Assembly (NCBI GenBank): GCA_947460255.1 | Contig: CANHIS010000001.1 | Location: 12,113 to 76,112, forward strand | Direction: 5' to 3' | Source of the DNA: Bacteroidota bacterium | GTDB lineage: Bacteria > Bacteroidota > Bacteroidia > M30B66 | DNA: 64,000 bases | Part shown: positions 39,997-53,736 of the stretch, piece by piece | Numbering within the stretch: position 1 is the stretch's first letter | Layout of the letters: each line of letters starts with the position of its first letter | Notes under the pieces: model-generated | What the model was told of the DNA's origin: nothing | Databases searched by the model: none | The model's input: only the letters and a program-made list of their open reading frames with translations | Made by a program: the position numbers and the translations under genes

Positions 39997-40553
39997 TGAT
40001 TTATACACCCAACCTCAAGACTAAGTATCGCAACGAAATTAAAAGTGCGTTGTTGAAGGAGTTTCAATATAAAAGCTCCATGCAAGTTCCGGTGCTTAAA
40101 AAGATCTGTATTAATCAAGGTATTGGTTCAGCAGTTTCTGATAAAAAGATGATCGAGTCTGCTATTGTCGAAATGACTACAATTACTGGTCAGAAAGCAG
40201 TAGCTACAAAATCCAAAAAAGATATTTCCAACTTCAAACTTCGTAAAGGAGTTCCTATTGGAGTACGTGTTACTCTGCGTGGTGACAAAATGTATGAATT
40301 TCTGGAACGTCTGATTGTTGTGGCGTTGCCTCGAATTAGAGATTTTCGTGGTATCAACGACAAAGGTTTCGACGGTCGTGGAAATTACACATTAGGTGTT
40401 ACTGAACAAATTATCTTTCCGGAGATTAACATTGATAAAGTTTCTAAAATCATGGGTATGGATATCACATTTGTGACTAATGCACCAACTGATAAAGAAG
40501 CCTTTGCTCTCCTAAAAGAATTCGGTCTACCATTCAAAAATTTAAAAAAGTAA
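39993..40553 (+). CDS. rplE: 50S ribosomal protein L5
   Basis: It is L5-like. Confidence 0.9.
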   Translation: MMIYTPNLKTKYRNEIKSALLKEFQYKSSMQVPVLKKICINQGIGSAVSDKKMIESAIVEMTTITGQKAVATKSKKDISNFKLRKGVPIGVRVTLRGDKMYEFLERLIVVALPRIRDFRGINDKGFDGRGNYTLGVTEQIIFPEINIDKVSKIMGMDITFVTNAPTDKEAFALLKEFGLPFKNLKK

Positions 40554-40560
40554 AGATCCG

Positions 40561-40830
40561 ATGGCAAAAGAAAGCATGAAGGCCCGAGAAGTAAAAAGGG
40601 CTAAATTGGTTGCTAAATTCGCTGCGAAAAGAGAAGCTTTGAAGGCTGCAGGTGATTCTGTAGGTTTACAAAAACTCCCACGCAATTCTAGTAAAATTCG
40701 TCTTCGGAATCGTTGTCAACTAACCGGCCGCCCAAGAGGTTACATTCGTCAGTTCGGACTTTCAAGGATAACATTCCGCGAAATGGCTCTTGACGGCAAA
40801 ATCCCAGGAATCACCAAATCAAGCTGGTAA
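40561..40830 (+). CDS. rpsN: 30S ribosomal protein S14
   Basis: It is S14-like, 89 aa. Confidence 0.9.
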   Translation: MAKESMKAREVKRAKLVAKFAAKREALKAAGDSVGLQKLPRNSSKIRLRNRCQLTGRPRGYIRQFGLSRITFREMALDGKIPGITKSSW

Positions 40831-40864
40831 TCCTTTCTATCTAACAAGCAATAACAAAAAAACA

Positions 40865-41269
40865 ATGACTGATCCGATAGCAGACTACCTTACTAGGCTC
40901 CGGAACGCCATTCACGCAAATCATCGCGTGGTTGAAATTTCAGCTTCCAAATTGAAGCAAAATATGACCAAAATTCTTTTTGAAAAAGGGTATATTTTGA
41001 GTTACAAATTTGAAGCACCTTCTGAAGGAAATCCACAAGGAACGATCAAAATCGCGTTGAAATATCATCCGGTTACAAAAATTCCTGCAATACGCACACT
41101 TACTCGCGTATCAAAGCCTGGCTTACGTCGTTATGTTCACGTTGAAAAAATCCCACGTGTTATTAACGGTTTAGGAATTGCCATTGTTTCCACATCTAAA
41201 GGTCTTATGACTGATAAAGAAGCTAGAAACGAAAACGTTGGTGGAGAGGTTCTCTGCTATATCTACTAA
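40865..41269 (+). CDS. rpsH: 30S ribosomal protein S8
   Basis: MTDPIADYLTRLRNA is S8. I chose the start at 40865. Confidence 0.9.
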   Translation: MTDPIADYLTRLRNAIHANHRVVEISASKLKQNMTKILFEKGYILSYKFEAPSEGNPQGTIKIALKYHPVTKIPAIRTLTRVSKPGLRRYVHVEKIPRVINGLGIAIVSTSKGLMTDKEARNENVGGEVLCYIY

Positions 41270-41288
41270 TAAAAAGCAGCATAAAGAG

Positions 41289-41846
41289 ATGTCACGGATT
41301 GGAAAACTGCCGATAAACTTACCTAAGGGTGTTAGCGTTACAATTAACGCTGAAAACATCGTGTCGGTAAAAGGCCCATTAGGAGAACTGCATCAAGCAG
41401 TTGATCCGGCAATCGAAGTAAAAATTGAGGAAAACACTATTCTTGTTTCAAGAAGCAGCGATGTTAAGGATCACCGTGCGAAACATGGTCTTTACAGGTC
41501 ATTAATCAATAACATGGTGAATGGTGTTTCTGAAGGGTTCAAAACCGAACAAGAATTAGTTGGTGTAGGTTACCGTGCATCTAACACAGATCAGTTGCTA
41601 GAACTATCATTGGGCTTCTCTCACAATATCGTGTTTGACATCCCGTCCGAAATCAAGGTTGAAACAAAAACTGAGAGAGGGAAGAATCCAATAATAATTT
41701 TGAAGTCTATAGATAAGCAACTTCTTGGTATGGTAGCGGCTAAAATTCGCTCCATGAGGAAACCAGAACCATACAAAGGTAAAGGGATCAAGTTTGTTAA
41801 TGAAGTGCTACGTCGCAAAGCCGGTAAATCTGCTGGTAAGAAATAA
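41289..41846 (+). CDS. rplF: 50S ribosomal protein L6
   Basis: MSRIGKLPINLPKGV is L6. I chose the start at 41289. Confidence 0.9.
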   Translation: MSRIGKLPINLPKGVSVTINAENIVSVKGPLGELHQAVDPAIEVKIEENTILVSRSSDVKDHRAKHGLYRSLINNMVNGVSEGFKTEQELVGVGYRASNTDQLLELSLGFSHNIVFDIPSEIKVETKTERGKNPIIILKSIDKQLLGMVAAKIRSMRKPEPYKGKGIKFVNEVLRRKAGKSAGKK

Positions 41847-41861
41847 TTTGATAACAGGATC

Positions 41862-42218
41862 ATGGCTATCACCAAAGAATACAGAAGAAGTCGGATTAAG
41901 AAGAGAATCCGCAAAGTGGTATCGGGAGATTCAAGCGCTCCGCGCATGAGTGTTTTTCGCAGCAATAGCGAAATCTACGTTCAGTTAATTGATGATCTTC
42001 AAGGACATACCTTGGCTGCTGCATCATCGGCAGAAACCGAAATTGCAAATCAAAAAGTAACCAAAATCGAAAAAGCAGCACTAGTTGGAAAATCTATAGC
42101 AGCGAAAGCTAAAGAAGCTGGAATCGACGCCGTTCGATTTGATAGAGGTGGTTATTTATATCATGGACGTGTCAAATCACTTGCAGACGGTGCTCGTGAA
42201 GGCGGACTAAAATTCTAA
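41862..42218 (+). CDS. rplR: 50S ribosomal protein L18
   Basis: It is L18-like. Confidence 0.9.
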   Translation: MAITKEYRRSRIKKRIRKVVSGDSSAPRMSVFRSNSEIYVQLIDDLQGHTLAAASSAETEIANQKVTKIEKAALVGKSIAAKAKEAGIDAVRFDRGGYLYHGRVKSLADGAREGGLKF

Positions 42219-42225
42219 ACAGATC

Positions 42226-42744
42226 ATGGCGAACGCAAATATAAAAAGAGTACGCTCAAGCGATATTGAACTTAAAGACAAGCTTGTTGCTGTAAACCGA
42301 GTTACCAAAGTAACTAAAGGTGGTCGTACATTCTCATTCTCTGCAATTGTAGTTGTAGGTAATGAAAAAGGAATTGTAGGTCATGGCCTAGGAAAAGCGA
42401 AGGAAGTAACCGACGCCATCAGCAAAGGAGTTGATGACGCAAAAAAGACTCTAATTAAAGTACCCGTAATTAATGGTACTGTGCCGCATGAACAACATGG
42501 CAAATTTGGTGGAGCTTTAGTATTTCTTAAACCAGCAGCTCACGGAACTGGAGTTATTGCAGGTGGTGCAATGCGTTCAGTATTAGAAAGCGTTGGTATT
42601 ACAGACGTACTGGCTAAGTCAAAAGGATCTTCTAATCCACACAACGTGGTTAAAGCAACAATCGATGCTTTAAGTCAAATGCGGGATCCTGCAACGATAG
42701 CTCAACAGCGTGGGATTTCAATGGAAAAAGTATTCAACGGTTAA
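42226..42744 (+). CDS. rpsE: 30S ribosomal protein S5
   Basis: It is S5-like. Confidence 0.9.
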   Translation: MANANIKRVRSSDIELKDKLVAVNRVTKVTKGGRTFSFSAIVVVGNEKGIVGHGLGKAKEVTDAISKGVDDAKKTLIKVPVINGTVPHEQHGKFGGALVFLKPAAHGTGVIAGGAMRSVLESVGITDVLAKSKGSSNPHNVVKATIDALSQMRDPATIAQQRGISMEKVFNG

Positions 42745-42755
42745 TTGAAATAACC

Positions 42756-42935
42756 ATGGCAAAAATTCGCATTCAACAAATTAAGAGCGGCATCGATCGC
42801 CCTGAAAATCAAAAGCGCACGCTTCGTGCCCTAGGTATCACCAAAATGAATGTTCCTGTTGAACATGAAGCTACAGCCCAAATTCTTGGAATGGTAGATA
42901 AAGTGAAACACCTAGTAATCGTAACAGAACTCTGA
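42756..42935 (+). CDS. rpmD: 50S ribosomal protein L30 (59 aa; below the ORF-track cutoff)
   Basis: I translated it by eye as MAKIRIQQIKSGIDRPENQKRTLRALGITKMNVPVEHEATAQILGMVDKVKHLVIVTEL. Confidence 0.85.
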   Translation: MAKIRIQQIKSGIDRPENQKRTLRALGITKMNVPVEHEATAQILGMVDKVKHLVIVTEL

Positions 42936-42954
42936 TCTTAACAGAAAATAAATC

Positions 42955-43404
42955 ATGAATCTCAGTAATCTTAAACCGGCGGTTGGCGCCACGAAGGCTT
43001 CAAAGAGAATAGGCAGAGGCCAAGGCTCTGGTAGAGGTGGTACATCAACCCGTGGACACAAGGGTGCTAAATCTAGATCAGGCTATTCATCAAAAGCTGG
43101 TTTTGAAGGCGGTCAGATGCCTTTGCAGCGCCGTCTACCAAAATTTGGATTTAAGAATATCAATCGCATCGATTATCGCGGAATTAACTTAGATACACTT
43201 CAAACGCTTTCGGAGAAAATTAACGGAGGGATAATTACGTTCGATACTCTTAGAGAAAACGGATTAGCCGGTAAAAACGATTTGATTAAAATCCTTGGAA
43301 GAGGTGAAATTTCAGTTAAATTGGATGTAACTGCTCACGCTTTCACTGCTACTGCAAAAGCTGCTATTGAATCTAAAGGTGGAACCGCTACAATTCTTGC
43401 CTAA
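42955..43404 (+). CDS. rplO: 50S ribosomal protein L15
   Basis: It is L15-like. Confidence 0.9.
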   Translation: MNLSNLKPAVGATKASKRIGRGQGSGRGGTSTRGHKGAKSRSGYSSKAGFEGGQMPLQRRLPKFGFKNINRIDYRGINLDTLQTLSEKINGGIITFDTLRENGLAGKNDLIKILGRGEISVKLDVTAHAFTATAKAAIESKGGTATILA

Positions 43405-44756
43405 TGAAAAGACTTATTAATACCATCAAGAATATTTACAAAATTGAAGAACTACGTTCTAAATTAGGGAACACATTGCTCTTTCTTCTTGTATACCGCC
43501 TTGGTTCGTTTGTAGTTCTTCCAGGTGTTAATCCTGAATCATTGGATGCACTAAAACAACAAACTTCTGATGGTATTTTGGGTCTATTGAACATGTTCTC
43601 AGGTGGAGCGTTCTCAAATGCATCCATTTTTGCTCTTGGCATTATGCCTTACATATCGGCATCTATTGTTGTTCAATTATTGACAATTGCAGTTCCTTAC
43701 TTTCAGAAAATGCAGAAAGAAGGGGAAAGTGGTCGTAAGAAAATGAATCAAATAACTCGTTACTTAACTGTAGCGATTTGTGCACTTCAGGCACCAAGTT
43801 ATCTCGCTAACCTGAACAATCAAATTGGAACACAAGCTATCACAGATTCAAGTTCGTTCTTTTGGATTTCTTCAACTATTATATTGGTAGCAGGAACAAT
43901 GTTTATCATGTGGTTAGGCGAGAGAATTACCGACAGAGGAATCGGAAATGGTATTTCATTGATCATCATGGTTGGTATCATTGCAGAACTTCCTGGAGCA
44001 CTATTGGGTGAATTTGGATCCCGCATTGCTCAAGCAGGTGGAGGTACAGTAATGTTTCTAATTGAATTAATTGGTCTTCTCTTTGTGGTTATTCTGTCCA
44101 TCATGCTTGTTCAAGGTGTTAGAAGAATACCAGTTCAGGTTGCTAAGAGAATTCAAGGTAGTAATACACCCGTGGGCGGCGTTCGCCAATATATTCCACT
44201 TCGTGTAAATACAGCTGGAGTTATGCCCATCATTTTTGCTCAGGCAATCATGTTCATTCCGATCACAATTGCAGGTTTTGCAAACTTGGATAGCTTGCAA
44301 GGTTTCATGGCTACATTCAGCAATCCAACAAGTTTTTGGTATAACTTCACATTTGCGATGCTGATAATAGTTTTCACCTATTTTTACACTGCTATTGCAG
44401 TTAATCCAAAAAATATGGCTGAAGAAATGAAAAGAAGCGGTGGTTTTGTTCCAGGGGTAAAACCAGGTGAGGCAACAGCAGAATTTATCGATTCTATAAT
44501 GTCTAAGATAACACTTCCAGGAGCAATATTCTTGGCATTCGTTGCTATAATGCCATCTTTAGCAATGCTTTTTGGAGTTACAAACAAATTCGCACAATTT
44601 TACGGAGGTACATCTTTACTAATTTTAGTGGGTGTAGTTCTTGATACACTTCAGCAGATTGAAAGCCATCTGTTAATGCGTCAATATGACGGATTAATGA
44701 AAAGCGGCAAAATCAAAGGCCGTGCAACGGCAGCTGCAGTTACAATGCCTAGTTAA
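43404..44756 (+). CDS. secY: Preprotein translocase subunit SecY
   Basis: It has 10 TM segments and a SecY pattern. Its start overlaps the rplO stop. Confidence 0.95.
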   Translation: MKRLINTIKNIYKIEELRSKLGNTLLFLLVYRLGSFVVLPGVNPESLDALKQQTSDGILGLLNMFSGGAFSNASIFALGIMPYISASIVVQLLTIAVPYFQKMQKEGESGRKKMNQITRYLTVAICALQAPSYLANLNNQIGTQAITDSSSFFWISSTIILVAGTMFIMWLGERITDRGIGNGISLIIMVGIIAELPGALLGEFGSRIAQAGGGTVMFLIELIGLLFVVILSIMLVQGVRRIPVQVAKRIQGSNTPVGGVRQYIPLRVNTAGVMPIIFAQAIMFIPITIAGFANLDSLQGFMATFSNPTSFWYNFTFAMLIIVFTYFYTAIAVNPKNMAEEMKRSGGFVPGVKPGEATAEFIDSIMSKITLPGAIFLAFVAIMPSLAMLFGVTNKFAQFYGGTSLLILVGVVLDTLQQIESHLLMRQYDGLMKSGKIKGRATAAAVTMPS

Positions 44757-44768
44757 TCTATTTTTTCG

Positions 44769-45560
44769 ATGATCTATTACAAGACCAACGAAGAAATTGA
44801 AAAGATAAGAGTTAGTTCTTTACTTGTTGCCCGCGCCCTGGCGGAAGTTGCTAAAATTATACGTCCGGGTGTTACCAGTCTTGAGCTGGATAAAATTGCT
44901 GAGGAATTTATTCGTGACAACGGAGGAATACCTGCATTCAAAGGATATAATGGATTTCCAAACTCTCTGTGCATTTCACCAAATGAACAAGTTGTGCATG
45001 GAATTCCTAATAATCGTCCTTACGAAAACGGTGATATTATTTCAGTCGATTGCGGTGTTTTAAAGGATGGTTACTTCGGTGACTCTGCTTACACATTTGC
45101 AATCGGAACCATAAGTGATGAAGTACAAAACCTACTTGATACTACAAAAGAGAGCCTTTACAGAGGCATTTCAGTTGCAGTAGAAGGCAAGAGATTACAT
45201 GACATCAGTTATGAAATTCAAAATTTCTGTGAATCAAAAGGCTATTCTGTAGTAAGAGAGTTGGTTGGTCATGGAATAGGAAAAAGTCTACATGAAGCTC
45301 CAGAAGTTCCTAACTTTGGCAAAAGAGGTTCAGGACCGAAACTGAAAACGGGATTGGTAATCGCAATTGAACCCATGATCAACATGGGCAGAAAAAACAT
45401 CATCCATGGAAAAGATGGATGGACCATCAAAACGTCTGATGGGATGCCTTCTGCTCATTTCGAACATACGATTGCGATTGGTAAAGAATCAGCACAAATT
45501 CTTTCATCCTTTGAGTTTATCGAAAAGGCATTGGAAGAGCAGAAACTAAAGTTTGTTTAA
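44769..45560 (+). CDS. map: Type I methionine aminopeptidase
   Basis: It has the pita-bread fold with metal ligands in a MAP pattern. Confidence 0.9.
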   Translation: MIYYKTNEEIEKIRVSSLLVARALAEVAKIIRPGVTSLELDKIAEEFIRDNGGIPAFKGYNGFPNSLCISPNEQVVHGIPNNRPYENGDIISVDCGVLKDGYFGDSAYTFAIGTISDEVQNLLDTTKESLYRGISVAVEGKRLHDISYEIQNFCESKGYSVVRELVGHGIGKSLHEAPEVPNFGKRGSGPKLKTGLVIAIEPMINMGRKNIIHGKDGWTIKTSDGMPSAHFEHTIAIGKESAQILSSFEFIEKALEEQKLKFV

Positions 45561-45581
45561 CAATTAAAATAATTCAAATAC

Positions 45582-45800
45582 GTGTCCAAGCAATCGTCAA
45601 TAGAACAAGACGGAACAATCATCGAGGCATTGTCGAACGCAATGTTTCGAGTTGAGCTTGAGAACGAGCACATCATTATTGCTCACATTTCTGGCAAGAT
45701 GAGAATGAATTACATTAAAATACTACCAGGTGATAGGGTAAAAGTGGAGATGTCTCCATATGACTTATCAAAAGGACGAATCACTTACCGATACAAATAA
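45582..45800 (+). CDS. infA: Translation initiation factor IF-1
   Basis: It has the S1-like pattern of IF-1. Confidence 0.9.
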   Translation: MSKQSSIEQDGTIIEALSNAMFRVELENEHIIIAHISGKMRMNYIKILPGDRVKVEMSPYDLSKGRITYRYK

Positions 45801-45809
45801 ACCGGAACA

Positions 45810-45926
45810 ATGAAAGTAAAAGCCTCCATCAAAAAAAGGAGTGCGGAGTGCAAAATTGTACGCCGCAAGGGGAGACTCTATGTAATAAACAAGAAGAACC
45901 CAAAATTCAAACAACGTCAAGGTTAA
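45810..45926 (+). CDS. rpmJ: 50S ribosomal protein L36 (38 aa; below the ORF-track cutoff)
   Basis: I translated it by eye as [38 protein letters not shown]. Confidence 0.85.
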   Translation: MKVKASIKKRSAECKIVRRKGRLYVINKKNPKFKQRQG

Positions 45927-45946
45927 GCCTCAAATAAAAGAAGCAA

Positions 45947-46324
45947 ATGGCTCGTATATCAGGAATTGATCTTCCAAAAAATAAGCGCGGAGAAATCGGT
46001 CTTACCTACATTTTCGGTATTGGACGCTCTACTGCACAAAGCATTCTAACAGAAGCAGGAATCGACTTTAACAAGAAGGTTTCCCAGTGGGATGATAGTG
46101 ATTTAGGGAAAATCCGCGAAATCATCAATGAAAAAATTAAAGTTGAGGGTGCACTTCGTTCAGAAGTACAGCTCAATATTAAACGACTGATGGACATTGG
46201 TTCATATCGTGGAATTCGTCACCGTGTAGGTTTACCTGTTCGTGGACAAACTACGAAGAACAATGCCCGGACCAGAAAGGGTAAAAAGAAAACAGTTGCC
46301 AATAAGAAAAAGGTAACTAAGTAA
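45947..46324 (+). CDS. rpsM: 30S ribosomal protein S13
   Basis: [10 protein letters not shown] is S13. Confidence 0.95.
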   Translation: MARISGIDLPKNKRGEIGLTYIFGIGRSTAQSILTEAGIDFNKKVSQWDDSDLGKIREIINEKIKVEGALRSEVQLNIKRLMDIGSYRGIRHRVGLPVRGQTTKNNARTRKGKKKTVANKKKVTK

Positions 46325-46363
46325 TCTTCTCCCGATACGAAAACGATCTGATTTAAAACAGAA

Positions 46364-46753
46364 ATGGCGAAAACAACCAAAACAACCAAAAAACGTGTTG
46401 TAAAGGTGGAATCCGTTGGTCATGCCCACATCAACGCCACATTCAACAACATCATTGTGTCTCTGACCAATCTAACTGGTCAGGTGATCAGCTGGTCATC
46501 TGCCGGAAAAATGGGTTTCCGTGGATCAAAGAAAAACACACCTTATGCTGCTCAAATGGCAGCCACTGACTGCTCTAAAGTAGCATACGATCTCGGACTC
46601 CGTAAGGTGAAAGTATTCGTTAAAGGTCCAGGTGGTGGGCGTGAATCAGCGATTCGTACTATCCACAATTCAGGAATTGAAGTTTCTGAAATTGTAGATG
46701 TAACTCCAGTTCCGCACAATGGTTGCCGTCCTCCTAAACGTCGCCGTGTTTAA
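46364..46753 (+). CDS. rpsK: 30S ribosomal protein S11
   Basis: It is S11-like. Confidence 0.95.
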   Translation: MAKTTKTTKKRVVKVESVGHAHINATFNNIIVSLTNLTGQVISWSSAGKMGFRGSKKNTPYAAQMAATDCSKVAYDLGLRKVKVFVKGPGGGRESAIRTIHNSGIEVSEIVDVTPVPHNGCRPPKRRRV

Positions 46754-46779
46754 TCAATCAATTTAAATCAAAAAGAACA

Positions 46780-47385
46780 ATGGCTAGATATACCGGCCCC
46801 AAGTCTAAGATTGCGCGTAAATTCCGTGAGGCTATTTACGGTCCAGATAAGGTTTTGACCAAGAAAAATTATCCTCCAGGACAACACGGACAATCAAAAA
46901 AGAGAGCCAAAACATCTGAATATGCAATTCAGTTGCTCGAAAAGCAAAAAGCTAAATACACATACGGCATTCTGGAGAAACAGTTTGCAAGAATTTTTGA
47001 CCGTGCGTTAAGAGCTAAGGGAATTACAGGTGAAAACCTATTAAAATTTATTGAAGCTCGTTTAGACAATGTAGTATACCGCATGGGAATTGCTCCAACA
47101 CGAGATGGAGCTCGTCAATTGGTATCTCACAGACACATCACTGTTAACGGCAGCGTTGTTAATATTCCTTCTTACACGTTAAAGCCAGGAGATGTGATTG
47201 CTGTTAGAGAGAAATCAAAGTCTCTTGAGGTAATTGCAACTTCAGTTGCTGGTCGCACAAACAAATTTTCATGGATAGAATTCAACAATGGTTCCCTTTC
47301 TGGAACATTCTTGAACATGCCTGAAAGAGAGCAGATTCCGGAAAATATCCGCGAACAACTCATCGTCGAATTGTACTCTAAATAA
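46780..47385 (+). CDS. rpsD: 30S ribosomal protein S4
   Basis: [15 protein letters not shown] is S4. Confidence 0.95.
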   Translation: MARYTGPKSKIARKFREAIYGPDKVLTKKNYPPGQHGQSKKRAKTSEYAIQLLEKQKAKYTYGILEKQFARIFDRALRAKGITGENLLKFIEARLDNVVYRMGIAPTRDGARQLVSHRHITVNGSVVNIPSYTLKPGDVIAVREKSKSLEVIATSVAGRTNKFSWIEFNNGSLSGTFLNMPEREQIPENIREQLIVELYSK

Positions 47386-47423
47386 TTCGGGTTCTCCTGC
47401 CCACAAACAATAAAACTACAACT

Positions 47424-48416
47424 ATGGCAATACTGGCGTTTCAAAAACCCGACAAAGTAGTAATGATCTCTTCAACCGATCAACATGGTCAGTTTGAGTT
47501 CAGACCTTTGGAACCAGGGTATGGAATTACTGTTGGTAATGCACTCCGCAGAATTCTACTTTCTTCACTTGAAGGTTTTGCAATTACTTCAGTGAAAATT
47601 GAAAGTGTAGAACATGAATTCTCAACTGTTAAAGGAGTTGTTGAAGACGTAACTGAGATTATTCTCAATTTGAAACAAGTTCGTTTCAAACGTCAGATCG
47701 ATTCTACCGAGCATGAAAAAGTAATGATCACAGTTAGTGGACAAGATCAGTTCTCAGCTGGCGATATCGGTAGATTTACATCTGGATTCCAAGTGCTTAA
47801 TCACGATTTTGTGATTTGCAACATGGATCCTTCTGTAACCCTAAAATTGGAGATTACCATTGATAAGGGAAGAGGTTATGTTCCTGCAGAAGAAAATAAG
47901 TCTTCTAATCCTCAGGTGGGTCAAATTGCAATCGACTCAATCCATACACCAATTCGTAACGTTAAATATTCTGTTGAGAATTATCGTGTTGAGCAAAAAA
48001 CGGATTACGAAAAACTCATCATTGAAATTACCAGCGATGGTTCTATTCATCCAAAAGATGCATTGAAAGAGGCTGCTAAAATTCTTATTCAGCATTTTAT
48101 GCTTTTCTCTGATGAGAAGATTACAGAGGATGTTGAAGAGAAAGTTACAACTGAAGAGTTTGACGAAGACATTCTTCACATGCGTCAACTTTTGAAGACA
48201 AGACTTGTGGACATGGATCTTTCAGTTCGTGCCCTGAATTGCTTGAAAGCTGCAGATGTTGATACAATAGCTGATTTAGTTTCTTACAATAAAAATGATC
48301 TGTTGAAATTCAGAAACTTTGGTAAGAAATCCCTAACCGAACTAGAAGAACTTGTTCAAAGCAAGCAACTTACATTCGGAATGAATCTCGCAAAATACAA
48401 ACTGGATAAAGACTAA
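47424..48416 (+). CDS. rpoA: DNA-directed RNA polymerase alpha subunit
   Basis: It has N-terminal dimerisation and C-terminal alpha-CTD patterns. Confidence 0.95.
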   Translation: MAILAFQKPDKVVMISSTDQHGQFEFRPLEPGYGITVGNALRRILLSSLEGFAITSVKIESVEHEFSTVKGVVEDVTEIILNLKQVRFKRQIDSTEHEKVMITVSGQDQFSAGDIGRFTSGFQVLNHDFVICNMDPSVTLKLEITIDKGRGYVPAEENKSSNPQVGQIAIDSIHTPIRNVKYSVENYRVEQKTDYEKLIIEITSDGSIHPKDALKEAAKILIQHFMLFSDEKITEDVEEKVTTEEFDEDILHMRQLLKTRLVDMDLSVRALNCLKAADVDTIADLVSYNKNDLLKFRNFGKKSLTELEELVQSKQLTFGMNLAKYKLDKD

Positions 48417-48453
48417 TTATAGCCGGGAGGCTAGAAGAAAATAACACCCGATC

Positions 48454-48951
48454 ATGAGACACGGAAAGAAACTAAATCACCTGAGCAGAACTGCACCGCA
48501 CCGTAAAGCCCTTATGGCAAATATGGCATGTTCACTTATTCTGCACAAGCGAATCAATACAACCCTCGCGAAAGCTAAAGCGCTTCGTACTTATGTCGAA
48601 CCTTTGATTACAAAATCAAAAGAAGATACCACACACAGTCGTCGTACAGTGTTCTCTTACTTGAAAGATAAAAACGCGGTTTCTGAACTATTTCGTGAAG
48701 TTTCTGTAAAAGTATCTGAAAGACAAGGAGGCTACTGCAGAATTATCAAACTACCAAATCGTTTGGGTGATAACTCAGCAATGGCACTTATAGAACTCGT
48801 TGACTTTAATGAAACCCTTTTGGCTGATTCACTTGCTTCGAAAGGAGTAGAAAAGAAAACTACTCGTCGTAGCCGTGGAGGAGCTAAAAAATCCACTCCT
48901 ACAGCCGAATCTCCTGCAACTGATTCAACCGAAGAACAAACTGCAGAGTGA
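48454..48951 (+). CDS. rplQ: 50S ribosomal protein L17
   Basis: [20 protein letters not shown] is L17. Confidence 0.95.
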   Translation: MRHGKKLNHLSRTAPHRKALMANMACSLILHKRINTTLAKAKALRTYVEPLITKSKEDTTHSRRTVFSYLKDKNAVSELFREVSVKVSERQGGYCRIIKLPNRLGDNSAMALIELVDFNETLLADSLASKGVEKKTTRRSRGGAKKSTPTAESPATDSTEEQTAE

Positions 48952-48978
48952 TTTACAAACTAATCTGATATTTAAAAA

Positions 48979-49010
48979 GGATAAAACATCACGTTTTATC
49001 CTTTTTTTTT
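48979..49010 (+). terminator. Rho-independent terminator ending the ribosomal supercluster
   Basis: GGATAAAAC-atcac-GTTTTATCC followed by T9. Confidence 0.7.
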
Positions 49011-49030
49011 GATCTTCGCACCACTTTCTT

Positions 49031-51455
<2,425 letters not shown>

Positions 51456-51522
51456 AATCCTCAATAGTTTTGTTAAAAGTTTCGATAAACGAACCATAAC
51501 CTAAGGGCTTTACACACATCAG

Positions 51523-52944
51523 ATGAAAAAATATCTCGAAAAGAATTTTTTGGTTTCAATCAGCATTTTGGCCATCCTAATGCTTCCATTTCTATTACTT
51601 TCGAAATATAATCTTCCTTCATACGACGATTATGCGGTTCCCAATACACTGAATAAAATGGGGTACTTTCAAACCCAATGGCATTGGTATATCAACTGGA
51701 GCGGCAGATATTCTTCTAGTGCGATTATTGCACTCGTGCATCCGATGATTTATGCAAAGTCAGGTTTAGGGTTTTATGGGCTCTTTAGTACCGCTATACT
51801 GCTTGCTTTTGTAGCTTCATTATACAGATTCATTGCAGCTTTGATACCTGCGGCTAATAGCGGGTATAAATTGAGTACCCTTGCAGGCTTATTGTTTTTG
51901 TATTTATTTGAAATGCCCTCTCCAACCGAAGGTTTTTACTGGCTGGTTGGAGCATGGACTTATACTTTGGGTTTAATTATTGCGTTGGAGCTTGGATCAA
52001 GATTAATGGTTTATTCACAGAATAACAGCAAGTTACAACTTGGATACATTCTATTTCTGGCAATTTTAATACCTGGAACAAGCGAGGTAATCGATATCAT
52101 TTTCATTGCGAGCTATTGTCTGGTGCTTTCGCTGATGTTTCTTCAAAAAGGGAAAATTGATCGAATCCATTTAATTGTTTTAAGTGTTTTGGCGGTATTC
52201 ACGATGTTCTCTTTTCTAGCTCCAGGTAATTCTGTTAGAGCAATAAATGTGGTGGAATCAGGAGTGGCAAGCAAAGATCTAGCAGTTGTTTTGCCTGAAA
52301 CGATTAAGCTTGGCATCAAACACATGGTCCAATGGACTATTCTGGGGCCATTCTTGTTAATAGCTTTTTTAACTCTTTCGTTAAAATCTAAATTACGTAA
52401 CGATTTACTAAGCCTTGTTGATAACTGGATAAAGTTTGGTTATTGGATTTTCGCTAGCAACGGATTTGTTTTTGTGTTCATATTCCCTGTGCTTTGGTCT
52501 TCTGGAATTGCACCTGATCGCATTTTTAATCCCATCGCACTTTACTATATGATAGTGAGCTTGTTGAGCTTGATGTTTTTATTCAATCTGCTGAAAATTA
52601 GAAGCCTAGAAATTCCCATGCCAGCTGTAATCATGATAAGCCTTTTTCTATTCGGTTATACACTCTCTTCCCAGAACCGTATTTCCAGAACGTGGATAGA
52701 GTTGCGCAGTGGAGAGGCTAAAGCATACTATAACGAAATGCAGGAGATCTATTCTATGTGTAAAGAAAATCCAGGTAAAAAATTCGTAATGCGACCAATG
52801 CAGAATAGGCCAAACACAATTTTCATCAACGATTTACACGAAGATTCAACCCACTGGGAAAACCGCTTTTTCAGTAAATTTCATGGTATTGGTTCAGCCC
52901 GGACAGTCGATAGCACGGTTACTTATATTGAATCATTTCAGTAG
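51523..52944 (+). CDS. Polytopic membrane protein of unknown function, candidate GT-C-fold (Gtr-type / ArnT-like) glycosyltransferase
   Basis: It has about 11-13 TM segments. A DD motif (SYDDYAVPN) lies in the first predicted extracytoplasmic loop. It has a ~70-aa C-terminal soluble tail. It converges on the GtrA/GtrB-like operon. Confidence 0.35.
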   Translation: MKKYLEKNFLVSISILAILMLPFLLLSKYNLPSYDDYAVPNTLNKMGYFQTQWHWYINWSGRYSSSAIIALVHPMIYAKSGLGFYGLFSTAILLAFVASLYRFIAALIPAANSGYKLSTLAGLLFLYLFEMPSPTEGFYWLVGAWTYTLGLIIALELGSRLMVYSQNNSKLQLGYILFLAILIPGTSEVIDIIFIASYCLVLSLMFLQKGKIDRIHLIVLSVLAVFTMFSFLAPGNSVRAINVVESGVASKDLAVVLPETIKLGIKHMVQWTILGPFLLIAFLTLSLKSKLRNDLLSLVDNWIKFGYWIFASNGFVFVFIFPVLWSSGIAPDRIFNPIALYYMIVSLLSLMFLFNLLKIRSLEIPMPAVIMISLFLFGYTLSSQNRISRTWIELRSGEAKAYYNEMQEIYSMCKENPGKKFVMRPMQNRPNTIFINDLHEDSTHWENRFFSKFHGIGSARTVDSTVTYIESFQ

Positions 52945-53292
52945 GGAATAAATTCACAAAAATTGTTTCAGACTTTAAGTTGATTTTTGCTGGACATAGA
53001 TTCTTACTATAAACAATATCATAAAAGAAAAAAATTACGACAAAGCTAAAAAGGAATTGATTATATCACTTTTTGTGGTCGAGAAGCGTTTGTGAACTGT
53101 TTATTATCTATGCTTTGGTTTAAGAATACTACTGTTTAATAAAAGATAACTTATCCATCTTTCTGAAGCAAGTTATCTTGAAATTGGCAAAACCATATTC
53201 TGAAGAACAAAACAAATAATCAAATCCGCTATCTAAGATTTTACCTAGTTTATTGTGGCAAATAAACTTTGACTTGTTTTAACAATAACATT

Positions 53293-53736
53293 TCACTTTT
53301 CGGTTGAAGAAGTCGAAGGATATTGAAAATGAGCGCGAAGTCGGTCGAAAATGATGGTTGCGAAAACAAAATTCCATGCAACTGTGATAGGAATCACCAA
53401 GCAAGAATACACGAAGTCGGAATAATCTAGATATGATTTTAAAACTGAAATCATAGCCAATCCGAATAACATTCCAGAAAAATAGGCCAAATAAAATGCG
53501 CCTAAGTGTATCCAAGAAAACGACTTCTTAAATACCAATTTAGCATTGAGCAAATAGCTTACAAAGATGCTTAGTAGATAGACTATAGAATAGGCAATGT
53601 AAACCTGCCATTGAAGCACTTCCAAGAATAGATATAAGACTGCTGCCGAGGCTGCAGTCATAATCAATCCAACATTTGCAAACCCAATTAGGCGTTTTAC
53701 AAGCGGCTGGAAACGTGGACTAATTCTGGAAATCAT
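53293..53736 (-). CDS. GtrA-family small membrane protein (putative lipid-linked sugar flippase component)
   Basis: It has 4 TM segments and a GtrA-like N-terminal pattern ([27 protein letters not shown]). Confidence 0.6.
   Translation of the reverse strand: MISRISPRFQPLVKRLIGFANVGLIMTAASAAVLYLFLEVLQWQVYIAYSIVYLLSIFVSYLLNAKLVFKKSFSWIHLGAFYLAYFSGMLFGLAMISVLKSYLDYSDFVYSCLVIPITVAWNFVFATIIFDRLRAHFQYPSTSSTEK

Noticed and set aside
53143-53180. 10-bp inverted repeat (AAGATAACTT…AAGTTATCTT) between convergent GT-C-like and GtrA-like genes
   Set aside because: The loop is 17 nt and there is no flanking T-run. It may be a weak bidirectional terminator but is not convincing.
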